Positions 1 to 13,569 of a DNA stretch of 32,000 nucleotides are shown here, in pieces. Numbering within the stretch: the stretch's first letter is position 1; the number at the start of each line of letters is the position of its first letter. The position numbers were made by a program, and so were the translations under genes. Source of the DNA: Zygophlyctis sp. KS116 (Eukaryota; Fungi; Chytridiomycota); assembly GCA_054661495.1 (NCBI GenBank), contig BAAFSQ010000007.1, positions 60,001 through 92,000 on the forward strand. Direction: 5' to 3'. Below the pieces are notes generated by a model. That model ran no database searches. It saw only the letters and a list, made by a program, of their open reading frames with translations, and was not told the DNA's origin.

Positions 1-1974
1 CATGAATTGATGATCTTTTCATATAAATCTTTAAAATTAAAAAAAAGAAAAAATACACATGTTAACTTTTGTTCGTAGCGATCGTATTTTTTCTTCTTCG
101 GCTATAACTTGTTGTCTTTTTGTTTGGTATAATGACAAATATTTTCTAAAAATATATGCCACGAGCCTCGAATTTCTCAATTCTAGAGCTTTTAATAGAA
201 GCTGACGCTCATTCTTGATTCGTGTTGCTCTTTCTGACCAAAATAGGAAACAAAATGTGAGATTCTCCTTTAAAAGTCTTCCTTCAAACGCTTGTACAGC
301 TTTCATAAAATTATTCTTTGCAAAAACATATTCTTTCCATGCCTTAAAATAAAGTTTTTTTTGCATAACGCCATATTTGAATTTAACGACTTCTTGAATA
401 ATATTTTTTCTGATTTTTTGTCGGTAAGTCTACTACTTAAACTTTTTTCTCTTACAAACTTCCATTTAGACAGAAATCCTCGGATTATACTTTTATAATT
501 CCTTGAATTCGCTAAATTTACTATTTCCCTCTTCCTTTGTACATTATAAACATTAATTTTCAATCCCTTTAGTACATTTTTAGCTAAAACTCTATTATAA
601 TTAATTGCAGCAGACTCCTGTTTTCAAAATGACAAAAAATACCATAAAATAATTATTTTCTAAAGACTTGAATAGATTTTCCTTAAATCCAGATAACCCC
701 TTTTGTTTCAGCTTATAACCGTAAAACTCATGCGCCTGTTCCATTTTTTTGCTTAATTCTAGTTTACTATTCCATATATTCCCCCACAAGTCCATATAAT
801 ACTCCAAGCTTTTTTTTCTAGAGTATCTCTGTGCTTTTAGAATCATTCTAGACTCTATTTTTGCTTTTTTCCATCCTTCTTTCCAAACAGTGAATAATTT
901 TTTTAAATTATATCTTTGAGAAAAATTTAGAGCCACATCTTGCCAGATTCTCTTTTCTTTGAGTGCAAAAGTCCTTTTTATCCACTTTTTATAATTTTTT
1001 TCTTTTAATTTTGTATTAAAATACAGAATTCCCAATCTACACTCTTCTTGTTCTCTTTGACCAACACGATTTACCCATTTTTGTTTCATTTGGATAAAAT
1101 AATGTTTTAATGTGTAAATTTCCCTTGATAAAACCACATATTTCTGAGTCAATACCTGCTTTTTAAGCCCAAGAACAAACTCTTGCATAATTTTTCTTGT
1201 TTTCAGTGTCTGAACAATTTCTAAAATTTCTTTTTCCTTTAATGATGAAGAATATTGAAGTCTCCAAAGTTTCCAGAGCCTATTTTTCGTATTTTTTTCA
1301 TTGGTCCATTCCGCCAATTCCACTAAATTTCTTTTAAATTCTTTAAAAGTCTTTTGAATTTTCCAAATTGAAAGAAATTTGGTGAAAATTTTTTCCTTAC
1401 TTAACTCCAACATTTTTTGAATTTTTAGATTTTTTTGAATTTGATGCGTATATTTGTTGTTCCATATGATAAACCTTGTCGACAGTAGGGAGATCTGATA
1501 TTTTTTAAGAGCATAAAATAAATTAGACTTTCGACAGAGATGAGTGCAGTACTCTAAATTCCATTTTTTGAATTTAGATTTCTGTATTTGACAAGAAATT
1601 TTTCTTGACTCTTGAAAGGCTCTTTGAAATTTATGAAAATAAGCTTTTAACAGTTTTGTTTGTAGGTCAAGTTTTAGATTTTGGTTATAAAGACGTAAAC
1701 CTTGCCATTTCCTTAGAGTCTTTGTTTTCAGAAATCTCTTTTCCTTTACAAGATTTTGATGTGCAAATGTAAATTTTAGAAAATTCCATTTTAAAATTTT
1801 CAACTTTGCGTAAACTTGAGCTCTAATCTCTAATTTCCAATTCCTCTTTGAGATATTTTTCCAAACTCTAAAAACCCCTACAAGAGCTTTCTTCTGTAAA
1901 GATTTTATGAATTTAATTTGCTTTATATACGCTTTCCACTGCTCTACAGACTGTCTTAACAGTTTTTTTGACAT
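1..1974 (-). CDS. SFI1: Sfi1-like centrin-binding repeat protein; partial, 3' end runs off the window
   Basis: Basic helical protein with recurring F/L-x-x-W repeats (TKFLSIWK, KKLFTVWK, YFKAWKEY, RGFLSKWK). ATG at 1974 in TTGAAAATG context. ORFs 601-1980, 303-563 and 37-366 join through a 25-nt intron (618-642) and a ~26-nt GTAAGA...TAG intron. Confidence 0.65.
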
Positions 1975-2209
1975 TTTCAAGATTGAACGCGGTTCAGCTC
2001 AAGGGTTTTACCATTCCCCTAACTCTGAATCATCAACCAAGAGCAACAACCAAGATGAACCAAGAGCATAAGTTATAATGAGATGGCATGAATTAATTTT
2101 TAGTTAAACATCAAGCTTGTAAAGATTAATTCTACTGCGTAATAACACTAGGTGATCAAATGACAAATTGGACGGTCGGCAGCCCTAAAATATTTTGTTT
2201 AAAGTAGAA

Positions 2210-3646
2210 ATGTCTTATTCTTACTCTACAGAGCCGCCGACAAATGGGAAAGTGATAGTAAAGACTACAGGAGGAGATCTAGAAGTAGAATTATGGGGAA
2301 AAGAAACTCCAAAAGCTGTACGAAACTTTTTACAATTGGCAATGGATAAGGAATATGATAATTCGCTTTTCTATAGACTGGTTCCTAAATTTCTCATGCA
2401 GGGAGGACCAATCAATAATGTATCAAGTTATGGAGAGGATTTTCAAGATGAATTTCATTCAAGACTTAAATTTAATCGAAGAGGATTGTTGGCATATGCA
2501 AATTCAGGTCCGGATTCTAATAAATCACACTTCTTTTTCACTCTAGGACCAACTCCGGCATTAAATGGCTCAAATACAATCTTTGGGAAAGTGGTCGGAG
2601 ATACTATTTATAATCTAGTTCAAATGGGTGAAGGAGAAGTAGATCAGGATGATGCACCACTAAATCCAATTAGGATTCTAGAAATTGATATTCTTGTAAA
2701 TCCTTTTGAAGATATGGTTTCAAAGTAATTTTTACAAATATTTACTGAATTTAGAGTACAGCCAGTTCTGGAAACAGTAGAGGAAAAGTTTGATAAGAAA
2801 AAATCAAGACTGGATGTCAAAAATGTACAGCTCTTGTCATTTGAAGAAGATGATAATCAATCTAATAATATTAAAATTAAAAGTAGTCATGATGTCTTGA
2901 AAACAGATGCTAGGCTTTCAAAAAGAACTCTTTCATCAGATTCGGAGTCTGAGTCTGGGGAATCTGGTCAAGAAGCTGGGTCAAATTTAAAGGAATCTAG
3001 GAAAAAGGTTAAAGAATTGCTTCCTTCAGAGAAAAGGTTGGAGTCTTTGAAAGATCAGGTTTCACAAATGAAGGCAGAACTTAGAGGAAAATTAAAACCA
3101 AAAGAAGAAAAACCTCAAAAGACTAAGAAACATATATCATTAGTGGATCAAATTAGGAATGATTACTTAAAGTCGGGTAAAGTAACGGTCGGAAAGAAAA
3201 GTAAAAAGAGTGATAAATCATTTCTTCAAATGGAAAACTTTAAATCAATTTTACATGAAAAAACTACTACATCCACTCTGAAAGAAAAAAAGTCTCATGA
3301 CAAGGAAGAAAAAGAATGTAAATTGCATCTGATAAAGAACTGTGCTAGCTGTGTTGATCGTTTTGGAATGGAAGATCAAGGTGATGATGACGATGAGGAT
3401 TGGATGAATACATCGCTTGTTTTTAAAAAGGAAGTTGGAGCAAATGTTTATCAACCGAAACCAGATGATTATACGGTGATTGATCCCAGAATGTAAGTTT
3501 TTGAATTATTAATCAGAAACAGTGATGTCACGAAAAAAGTTGATCTATTCGGAAAAAGTGCTCCTTCAGAAAAAAGGGCCTGGTCTGAGAAGGCGATCAA
3601 GACAAACAGAAAGGAAGTTCAGTCAAGTAGTTACTCAAAAAGGTAG
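2210..3646 (+). CDS. CWC27: Spliceosome-associated cyclophilin-type PPIase CWC27
   Basis: N-terminus EPPTNGKVIVKTTGGDLEVELWGKETPKAVRNFLQL, DEFHSRLKFNRRGL, TIFGKVVGDTIYN; charged tail with CKLHxxxxCxSC and VIDPR. Introns 2725-2754 (30 nt) and 3493-3516 (24 nt) restore the frame to TAG at 3644-3646. Confidence 0.93.
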
Positions 3647-3690
3647 AAGGAATAAATATTACATGTGTTGAAATAAAAATAGATAATATA

Positions 3691-6369
3691 TCATTCAAAG
3701 AGCCCAACGAGATCTTCCAAAGTCACTTGACTGCTTCCAGTCACAGCTCCTACCAAGGCCGATTTCTTTCTTTGTATTCCTAGGATCTTTTCCTCCACTG
3801 AGTCTTTTACTATGAACCGCTTGACAGTCACTGGTTTTGTCTGACCAAGCCGGTGCACTCTGTCAATCGCCCTAACTATTACTGAAACTTCACTCACTGA
3901 TTTTCAACGCTTTCATTCCACCAAGGATCTAGCAGAAATACATATGATGCCTCTGTAAGATTCAAACCGACTCCTAATAATATGAAATAATAAAATATTA
4001 CCAGTAGCACGTAAGCTAGCAATCAATATCCTAGCTTTGGGATCATGCTTGAATCTTTTGATAGCCTGATCACGCCTTGACTGACTCATACTACCATCAA
4101 GTCTTACAAATTCCAGTTTATGCGTGTTAAGTTCTGTTTCGACTATATCAAGCATACTTGTCCATTGTGAAAAGCAAATACATTTCGATTCATCATCCTG
4201 TGAAAACATAAAAGAAATATTCTCCATAAGAGAAGCCAACTTGGATGAGCGCTTAAAGTGGATAGATTTTAAATTGATTTTTGGAGCTTTCGAAGCCGAT
4301 TCAGTGTTAGAATCCTCAATCTCCAAATCGTTCTTGATGATTTGCAGAATTTGTGCTTCAGAAAACTCTTTTCGGCAAACGGGACATTCTCCAGGAATTC
4401 CCTTCTCTTGATTTTTTTGAAGAATATCTTCAACGCATATCTGGCAAAGTATATGCAGACATGCCGGCAAAAGAATACCATTAACACAATCTTCAAAGCA
4501 TACCTAAAATTAATTCGAAAATAAATACCGGACACTCTTTTTTATCAGCCTTTTCCAACTCTGAAACTAGATTAGAGGCAAAGTCGGATTGAGAATCACC
4601 ATAGTAGTTAAACAGTAAGTCTTTAATCTCTACTGTTCTTGCCATATCCAAAGAAGCTTGGGATGACTTAATCAGCATAGGATGGTCGCAGAGAAGACGA
4701 AGATATAATATTAACTGAAAGACTCGAGCATAATCTACCTTCCCGATAATTTTTAAGTTGTACAATTGTTCACGGGAATACTTTAGTTAATTAGAGTAAA
4801 TATCTTACTGTATTAATCGCAGAATATATTTTTCTCTCTTCCGCTGAAAAATCTAAAAATACAGTTTCAACATTTTTCGGTGGTAGCGTAACAATTGGGT
4901 TACCATTTTCATCATTCATATCCTTGGTTCGACGCAGTAAAATCTGCTCGAGTACTGAGTGTACTGCCTGCATAGCTTTTGGATCCTTTCGTTCAAAAGG
5001 CTCTGTTATAAATGCACGCCAAAAAGAAGCCTGACTCCAAGGGTGTATTCTTATAAAGTGAACAAGAGAAAATAAATCATCCAGCCTATTCACAATTGGT
5101 GTACCAGTTACAGCCCACCGATTAGTTGCAGAGAGTGAATAGCATGCCTTTGCCATCTTTGTTGATTTTTCCTTTATATATTGTGCTTCATCAAGCACCA
5201 CTCTATGCCATTGCACACTATAAAGAGGAGAGTTTGGATCAGAGAATTCACTACTTAATGTTCCATATGTAGTAAGACTATTCTATCAGCTAAAAATTAT
5301 ATACATGACTTCCGGACATCCCTTTGTACCCAGCTTATACTTTGAAGATCGCAAGTTTCCATAATAAATATCACAAGAAAGATCCTGAGCCTGAAAACAT
5401 TTTTCAATCTCACTTTTCCATTGGGATAAAACATTTAAAGGACAAACTATAAGAGTAGCTCTTGTTTTTGGTATATTTCCACCTGAATCATTTTCCGCAT
5501 CAAACCTATGACTATGAATTAATGAAAGCATCTCAATTGTTTTCCCAAGCCCCATATCATCAGCCAATATCCCTCCAAAACAATGATCTTCAACTGGCAT
5601 ATTATTCTGCAAAAGCCCTGAAAATGGATTAAAATACAAAAACGTGTCATGAAGAGAATACTCTAACCAAAGCGGTGATAAACACTCTCTTGAACCAACA
5701 GTAGTTTCTTTAGAAATCATAAATTCCAAAGCAACCTAAAATATTAGATCAAGAACAATAGAATACTTTTTGATAATCTCTCAACTCCACCTTCATCCCA
5801 GGATCAGGCTCTCTACCTTTTAATCCTGTAAATCTATTAGAATATAATCCTTGCTCCAGTAATTCCTGAGATACTAAATCCTGAATCACTTCTTCAGGAC
5901 ATTTAGCTCCATCTGAATGCAAAACTTTAAGTTCATTCACAAGTTTATCCGGCAATGATCCTCTAAGAGGAGTCAATCCCAACCTTGAAAACAATTGAAA
6001 AAGTGCAATTTTCCTTCCTTTTAGTAATTGATAGTCCATCCTCTTTAGAATATTTTCTGAAACCATTCCATTTTCTGTCAAGTAAATAGATAATGAAACC
6101 AAAATTTCATCTCCTATTCGAAGCGGCTCTTGCGCAAATAATAAATTACCAGATATTTTTACAATTTCTTGATCTAGTAAAATTGATAAAAAACTTGAAG
6201 ATTCAGCCTCTAATTTCCCTAACGTCTCCATCTTCATACTCAAAAACCGAATAATTGAGTTCTTGGTTGACGGTATCCTAGAAATAATCAAATCCGATCC
6301 TGAATCTAATTTCACAGAGCCCTTGATACAAGATAGTCCCTGCACGAGCACATCGCCTAAAAATATCAT
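3691..6369 (-). CDS. RAD5: DNA repair protein Rad5/HLTF (HIRAN + SNF2 helicase + RING)
   Basis: [75 protein letters not shown]. Introns 5736-5766, 5278-5304, 4781-4808, 4504-4528, 3974-4001 and 3872-3897 (25-31 nt) restore conserved motifs. Confidence 0.93.
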
Positions 6370-6488
6370 GATCTAGAATGATTGAGTTATAAGAAGATTA
6401 AAGTGATTGAAACCAAGAGTTAAATTAGTGTGAAAGTCAATGTCTAGGAGCAGCACTACAAAATCCCAAAAAACAAAAAATCATTAAT

Positions 6489-6983
6489 ATGCTACAACAT
6501 ACCTTTAGGATGATACCTTCAATAACAAGATCAACATATAGCCACATAGGACTATCAATGCTATCAAATAGTTTAAGGAATATGGCAACGCTGAATCAAG
6601 TGATTAGAGGATGTAGAATTCCTAGAATTAAAGAATCGGCTTCACCTGCTCTGGATGGATGTCCTCAGAGGAGAGGTGTGGTTTTAAAGATCTTTACTGT
6701 CAAGCCAAAAAAACCAAATTCTGCGCAGAGAAAGGTTGCAAGAGTCAAATTAACAACTGGAAAGGCAGTCAAGGCTTATATTGCCGGTGAGGGTCATAAT
6801 CTTCAGGAACATTCAGTTGTGTTGGTAAGAGGTGGTAGAGTTCCTGATTGTCCTGGTGTGTCTTATAAAATTGTGCGTGGGGCGCTGGACTGTCAAGGTG
6901 TTGCTGGAAGAATGCAGTCTAGATCTAAATATGGAACTAAAAAGCCAAAGGGAGATGAAAAGACTAAAGGAAAGAAAAAATGA
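6489..6983 (+). CDS. MRPS12: Nuclear-encoded mitochondrial ribosomal protein uS12m
   Basis: Bacterial-type S12 core ([32 protein letters not shown]) preceded by ~31 aa of Arg/Ser-rich presequence. Confidence 0.95.
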   Translation: MLQHTFRMIPSITRSTYSHIGLSMLSNSLRNMATLNQVIRGCRIPRIKESASPALDGCPQRRGVVLKIFTVKPKKPNSAQRKVARVKLTTGKAVKAYIAGEGHNLQEHSVVLVRGGRVPDCPGVSYKIVRGALDCQGVAGRMQSRSKYGTKKPKGDEKTKGKKK

Positions 6984-6997
6984 TTGCAAGCCTTTTT

Positions 6998-9539
6998 CTA
7001 GACTAAATAAATATATTCATCACGATTTGTTACGTCTCTTTCTATGTAGGCCTTGTCTAATAAGATATCAATACATTTTTTAATTAGAGAAACTGATGGA
7101 TAAAAGCGAGATTTTGATAATTCAATAGCTTCAGAGACTAACAGTGAGTGAACAAGTCGCTTTTTAGACTTCATGATTCGGACCAAGATGGCTTGCAAAT
7201 AAAGGCTTCGATCGTCATCTATAGATTTCTTTAGAGTTTCAGACTCTTGGGCATCTGATGATGAAGATGTTGCCATGGGTACTTTAATTTTGATTTTTTT
7301 ACTATATTTAGTAGAATGAAACTACCTAGTGAAATTAGCATTTATAGATATTAAGCAGTCTTTTCCTTGTCCAGTACGTACAAGAATATTTAAATCAATC
7401 AATGGCTTTAAATGACGCTCAAGTTCAGCAAAAGTCATACTTGTCTGGCTTGATAATGACTCAAAAGTTTGGGCTTCATAGTGATTAAATAGAGACAAGA
7501 TGCTAATTTGTTGAAGAGACATTTGTAATTCATATCTCTTATCATAACCATTCAATTTAACGTCAACTAGAGTAACTAAATTAAAAGTTACCTCGAGATA
7601 AAAAGTTTAGCCATGTTAATTTTCTGCCACTATGCTGCTTTGTATAAAATTTAGTAAATTCATCAATACTTTTCTCCAACTTACAATTAAATTTTTAGTA
7701 ATTACAACTGAAGGAAGATTGAATTGATTGGGAGAGTTGCTTGGAAAGGGCCATGAACCAGAAGTCAAGATCAATATGTTGAAATCTACTACCAGTAAAA
7801 TATGGTAAAAAAGATACATCCCAAAGACTGGAAGAGTTCATCACGCGCATATTCAGCAAATTGGCTGTTCATAGTACTACTTAGCTGGATATCTGTAACC
7901 ATTCTTTGCAGCTTGTTTGTATACTCTGCTCCACAAGCCTCCTAAAAGTCATTAATAAATGTTTACACGAAGTCTAGAAATCATAAATTGTTCCACATCA
8001 TCAGATATTGATGAAGAAAATACTAACCGCTTTGCCATAGAACGAGTATAGTGCTTTTGAAACACGTCCTTGTCATCCACGAATCTAAATAAAAGAATCA
8101 TATTTGAAAGCTTTTCTTCAAGTTCAGACTCTTCAATTTGAAGCTTTGGCATTTTTTTAAGTAATAAATCACTATATCTAGCTAGAATTTCTGCACTTGC
8201 AAGAGAAAGTCCAGGATAAGTACGATTAATAACAGTACGAAACGCCTTACATTAACCAAACAATCATTACCTTATCTATCGAAGCCGCGAAAAGAGGCTC
8301 ATTAGGAAACACTTGTGCCTTGAGACTCATCAACTCCTGATATAGACTATAAAGAATATTGACATAGTCTCGAGGATCCTAAAATTACCCAATCATCAAT
8401 ACCTTTTCAGTTTTTGTAAATTCTAATAATTTCCCCTCTCCAAGACCCGCACAATATTTCTCAAAGATTTCTAGCATGGGATCTATCCCCATATCAATCC
8501 TAACTAGCAACTCATACATTCTACTACAATCTAGTTTTAAATTATTTAAAAAACCTTGGAATAGATTCCCAACAATCATATTGTAAAATTCTGAATACAT
8601 TTTCTCCTTATAGTCTTGAATAAGCCTTGATTCCACTTGTTTCATGATTAATAAGACTGATTCTGAATCACAAATTTTGTTTAAGAAATCAGATTCACTC
8701 TGTAACCTATTTTTTGCCTTGAATTAATCATATTAACTTTACATAAACCATATAATCAGAAATATTAAGTAATTCCACCTTTATCTTTGCCTCATTTTCA
8801 TAAAATTCACTTGTTAGTTTAAGCATTGGATCTTGAAATAAACTCTTAAAGGTTTCAGACTGATTTAAAGAAAACTTGTCCACTTCCACTATAAATATAA
8901 AAGCGAAATTTAATTTACATAATGAATTAGAAATATCCCTTAAAACATCTAAATTTAACCCAGATTTTTCTCTTTCCAACTGTACATTTTCAAAAAAATC
9001 TCTAAATATGACTTGATTTTCTTCAAGAAATAAATTTTGTTTCCATATTTCCAATGCCAACTTTAAATTACTTTATAGTAATTACCTGATAAATATTCAT
9101 AAATTCCTGTCCGTCTGTTGGTTCGAATCTCCTTGGCTCGTGTTCGTCCTGATACGATGATAAATTGTATTTAGTCAATATCCTATTTAAATAATCACAA
9201 ACATAATTCATATGTCCAGCCGATTCCGAGTATTTTTTCCAATTCATTGAATAATTAACAGAAACTTGTTGCGAAGTTTGAATAGTCTGATATTTAGAAT
9301 ATTCAAATACCGAAAATATACTATTGACTCTATCCGTCAAGAACAGTTTCAACTTATCATATAATTCCACTGCAAAAGACTCTGGCGTACAAGTGCAAAT
9401 ATCAAACACAGACTGATAAAGAGTCGACGCAGAGACTTTTTCATTTCCAGTAAATAATAATAGCAATGAGGCTTCAAGACTAGCATACACTTGATTAAAA
9501 TCGAAATTCTAAAATATTAAAAATACAAGATACAGTCAT
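6998..9539 (-). CDS. Cullin (CUL2-like), multi-exon
   Basis: DKDVFQKHY..SMAKRL, CGAEYTNKLQRM, ILTSGSWP, neddylation motif LQAILVRIMK, IKKCIDILLDKAYIER. ATG at 9539, intron 9509-9533, and many further 24-30 nt introns. Confidence 0.9.
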
Positions 9540-9742
9540 TACAAAGTATTATTTTTTTAAGACGTTTTCCGATTAGATACAATCTTTCAATGATTCTGAT
9601 GGTTAAACTGTCCGAATCGTTGAATCTAGTACTGATCGAATATCGTGTATTTCAGCCATCAGCCATCAACCATGCCGCAATGCAGCCATGCATCATGAAA
9701 AAATAAATTGGGGATCGTCGATGAAAATATCATCAAGCGATT

Positions 9743-9779
9743 ATCTAAACATTGACTGATCATCTAAACATTGACTGAT
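9743..9779. repeat. Tandem 18-nt direct repeat in the cullin / ARM-SPRY divergent intergenic region
   Basis: atctaaacattgactgat at 9743-9760 and 9762-9779; cttgtccgatt also occurs twice at ~9797-9820. Confidence 0.85.
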
Positions 9780-9871
9780 TGTTGGTATTTCCCGAACTTG
9801 TCCGATTGACTTGTCCGATTATATTTGCGGTAATTATAAATGATAATGAGTCGCTAGATACAGTAAGGTTG

Positions 9872-12800
9872 ATGACCGGCTTGGATTGGAAGCCATTGAT
9901 TTCCGTTGGGTTTTTGTTTTGTATTGGTACATCAGTCTTTCTAAGAAGTATTAATGCTAAAATACATGTTGGCTCTGAATGTATTTTTCTATGGTTTAAT
10001 TGAATAGATTTGGCAATTTCTCAGATAATACAACTCTTAAAGTCTAACAAGATTCGTAAAAATAAGGCTCTATTGATTGAATCGTATTTTTAAAACATGT
10101 AAATACTAGTACGATGCGAGTATTGGTGGATAGATTACTTTCAGAAGAAAACTATCATATTTTGATTGATGGATTAGAGTCAAAAGATTTAGAATTGAAA
10201 TTTAAATGTGTAAATGGGATTTTAGAAGCTATAAAACTGGAAAATAATCGTGGATTTTTAGCAAATCAAGAGTTGATAGAGAAATTAACAAGAGGATTGG
10301 TCGAGGTAAAGGAGTTTTCCAGAGTAGAGAGTAAATATCTTCAGGCATTGTACTTTTTAGTATCTACAAATGGTATTTTTTATTGTCTAAAATTGTAAAG
10401 ACTTGAAAAATAAATGGATTGTAGATTATGGAATTCTAAATACTCTAAAAGGATTGATTGATTCTTCTAAAAGATTTAAAAATGATGATTCAAAATATTG
10501 GGCTATAAATTTATTATATCAGATAGCAGTGTGTAATGATTTACAAGATGAATTGGTTAAAATGGGATTTATAAAGGATTTATCAATTTTTACAAGAGAG
10601 TTTTATGGAAATACTGGGTATCAGAAAATGGGTCTTCATTCTGTTGTTATGTTGTTGGCTTCTGTTGAATTGAATCAAGTGAAATTGCATTTAAATGATT
10701 TAGAAAAGTTTAATTTCTCAAAAACAGTGGCTACAGCATTAAAACAAGATGATATTGAACTCTCTTGCTGGGCTGCGTTCTTGATGCGTAAGTTTATTTA
10801 GAAATTTAACCAAATTAGATGAATATTCTATAAGAGGTTTGAAAAAATTGGCTAAATTTAGACATGTTTAAAGACTCTTTTACAGAATGTAGAGGTATTT
10901 TAAAGTCAATAGGAAAACTGATTTCACATGATGATACATGTATTCCAAGAATAACTATTCGCTCTTTAAAACATTTGGCTCAAGATAATTTAGAATTCCA
11001 GAATTTGATTATTAAGAATGGTCTTTTATCACAAATTATCAAAAAATTGAAGCCGATTGATAAGTCTTTTGACACTCAGTATTGGTCTGTAGTATTCTTT
11101 CACACTTTACTGCTGAATGAAGGCTCTCATGCAGAATTTCTAGATTCCGAAGGGCTTCAAGGAATTATCAATATTGGACTGTGTGAATGTCCTAAAAATT
11201 TAAAGGTATTTTTGAGAATTAAACACTAGATTTATATTGCGGATGTTATTTTGTGTCTGGCTGTGAATGCTGATAATCTAGAGGCAGTACTGGACTCAGA
11301 TATACTTAGACTAATTCATTCATTCCTTAAAGAATCTGACCCAGAAATCGTTCATGCTGGACTTACTCTTTTATTAAATGTCATTTCCATATCAAGTAAT
11401 TTTTTGTTTTAAAGATGTAGATGATGTGATTGATTTGTTTACTCAGGAGTGTGGACTTCAGACCCTTTCTACTATGATTATTGAAAACGATGACTGTCAG
11501 GTGAAAAAAGTAATTGCAAAATGTTTTTTAGTTATTGCTAAGCGAAGACCGAATCATAAATATCAAATTCTATTATCTGCGTTTCTACCATCAATTCATC
11601 AATTAGTAAGGCTAACATCAACAACTGTTAATAATATACTTAATGGCTCGAAAATTCCTGCTAGAGAACTAGCTATTCGCAATTTTTATGCAGAAAGTGC
11701 CAAAAAATACTTTTTTGATTCTGGTTCGAAGACATGCGATCCTGACATATACAGTTATTTAAATGTTGTTTCAGTTTTTCTTGATAGCCCAGTATTCGAC
11801 AATGTCGGTCTTACAGAAAGCCGTATCAGCTTGGATAAGGTTCTTGGCGGTACGATTCAAGAATTATCTACGTATCTTTTAGACCTGATGGCGCTACCTC
11901 TGATTCAAAAAATTACTATGCATAAAAATCTCGAGAATATTGATGAAACGCCTGATTTCAATTTGATTGCTAATTATTGCCTTGGAATTATACCTTTCTT
12001 TTGCAAATATGGTTTGTTCTATTTCAAGTATTGATTTTATAGAATCATGCAGTACTACTTTTACAAAGGAGAAGATGGTTTTATTATTCCATGCGCTTTT
12101 CGCCAGTAATGACGCATTAATTTCAGACCAAATTATCTTATCGCTAGCCAAATGTGTCAAGAATGGATTCCCATTGTTTGAAGTTTTTACGCTACCGGTT
12201 GATTTCCTAAAACAACTGAATTTATATTGTACGGCTTCGTTATCTATAGAGGTTAAATTTTTTGGCAGATATCTAATTCATAAATTAGTATCTGTAATGC
12301 AGGACGAGAAGCCTAATGGTTTGACTTTTGAAACTGGTGGGCTTTTCGTTGGAAGTGAAAATATGCTGGTATTTTTTAGCAATTATACTGAATCGCTAGA
12401 GAAATTGTAGCTGGACCTTTGAGTCGATTTGCTTTAATATTCCTGTTTCATCACACGGTAAATTTATGTATGAGGTTACTGTTGAAACACTTGGAATTAT
12501 CCAAATAGGCTGGACCTCGGACATTTCTAATTTTGACCCAGAAAGGGGATTTGGAGTTGGAGATGATGACTTTTCCTTTTCAATTGATGGATATCGTGCA
12601 AAAAAATGGCATGCCGATTGCAGACAAGACGTAAGTTTTGTGAAGTAATATTTTAGAACTCATACGGGGAATATTTTCAAATTGGGGATATTATTAGTGC
12701 CATGATTGATTTAGATGAGGAAACCATTAGTTACTTGATCAATGGAAAACAGTTAGGGGTTGCATTCGAGAAATTCGAGTCAAATAAACTATGGTAAGTT

Positions 12801-13569
12801 ACACAGAAAATAAAATTAGGTTTCCAGCAATATCTTTGGCTTCTGATCAAGAATGTAAAGTATCTCTTGGGGGTGAAATCTACCCTTTGCGGTACGCATT
12901 TTGTTTTGATATATAGCTACCCTCAGCCTTCCTATTTTCCTATTTGTGACTTCCTCAGATACAATGATATTCATGACAACCTAGCTTTTGGAGAAGCAAT
13001 TTCCTCTCCTATTAAAGAATTTCTATCTGCCTCTTACATTAACCCAAATTCAGTTAATGAGCAATATTCTCTGGTGTTGCAATTACCTGAAAAAGATTCG
13101 ACTCTGACCAAAATACCACAGGCAGGAGTTATTGACTTTGAACATCAGAAATTGATAATGTGTGCTATTTTACCCCATGGAAAATACTCTATTTATTCTT
13201 GCAAATTCACAAAGTATCAAAAAATCCCTTGGGACGTAATTAATGATTCATTAAGATCCTCTCTTTCTAATATTGATAGAGTAAATTCTAATCTGGAGGA
13301 GGAGGATGCAGACAGGGCATCATATGCTCCATCTATTGTAATATCTCCATCATCTCCTTCAGCAGCAACAACTTTTGAACACGATGAATCTGATTTGTTG
13401 CGGCTAGAAATAATTCTCAAGGAAAAATCAATCATTCATTTTTGTATTAATGGCAAAGAAATTGGTAATTCTATTATTTCTAAAAATAGGTGATCCAATA
13501 TTTTCCAAAGAAAAAAGTAATTTGTTTCCAATTGTACGAGGAATCCAAGACTTTAGAGTAAACTTTTAA
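9872..13569 (+). CDS. Armadillo-repeat + SPRY domain protein (RSPRY1-like SPRY) with an N-terminal hydrophobic segment; multi-exon
   Basis: ARM-like helices (KYWAINLLYQIA, TQYWSVVFFH) followed by SPRY motifs RNCSWTFES, GKFMYEVTV..GIIQIGW, GVGDDDFSFSIDG, GDIISAMIDLDE..ISYLING. The last intron (13465-13489) leads to TAA at 13567-13569. Start codon uncertain. Confidence 0.72.

Noticed and set aside
1991-2031. Imperfect stem-loop in the SFI1-CWC27 spacer
   Set aside because: Short, dependent on wobble pairs, and not recognisable as an RNA family.
6489-6983. Bacterial rpsL from contamination or recent transfer
   Set aside because: It has a mitochondrial presequence and lies among intron-containing nuclear genes.
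3691-13493. Fragmented ORFs as pseudogenes or an alternative genetic code
   Set aside because: The breaks examined are explained by short GT-AG introns, and long intronless genes read normally in the standard code.
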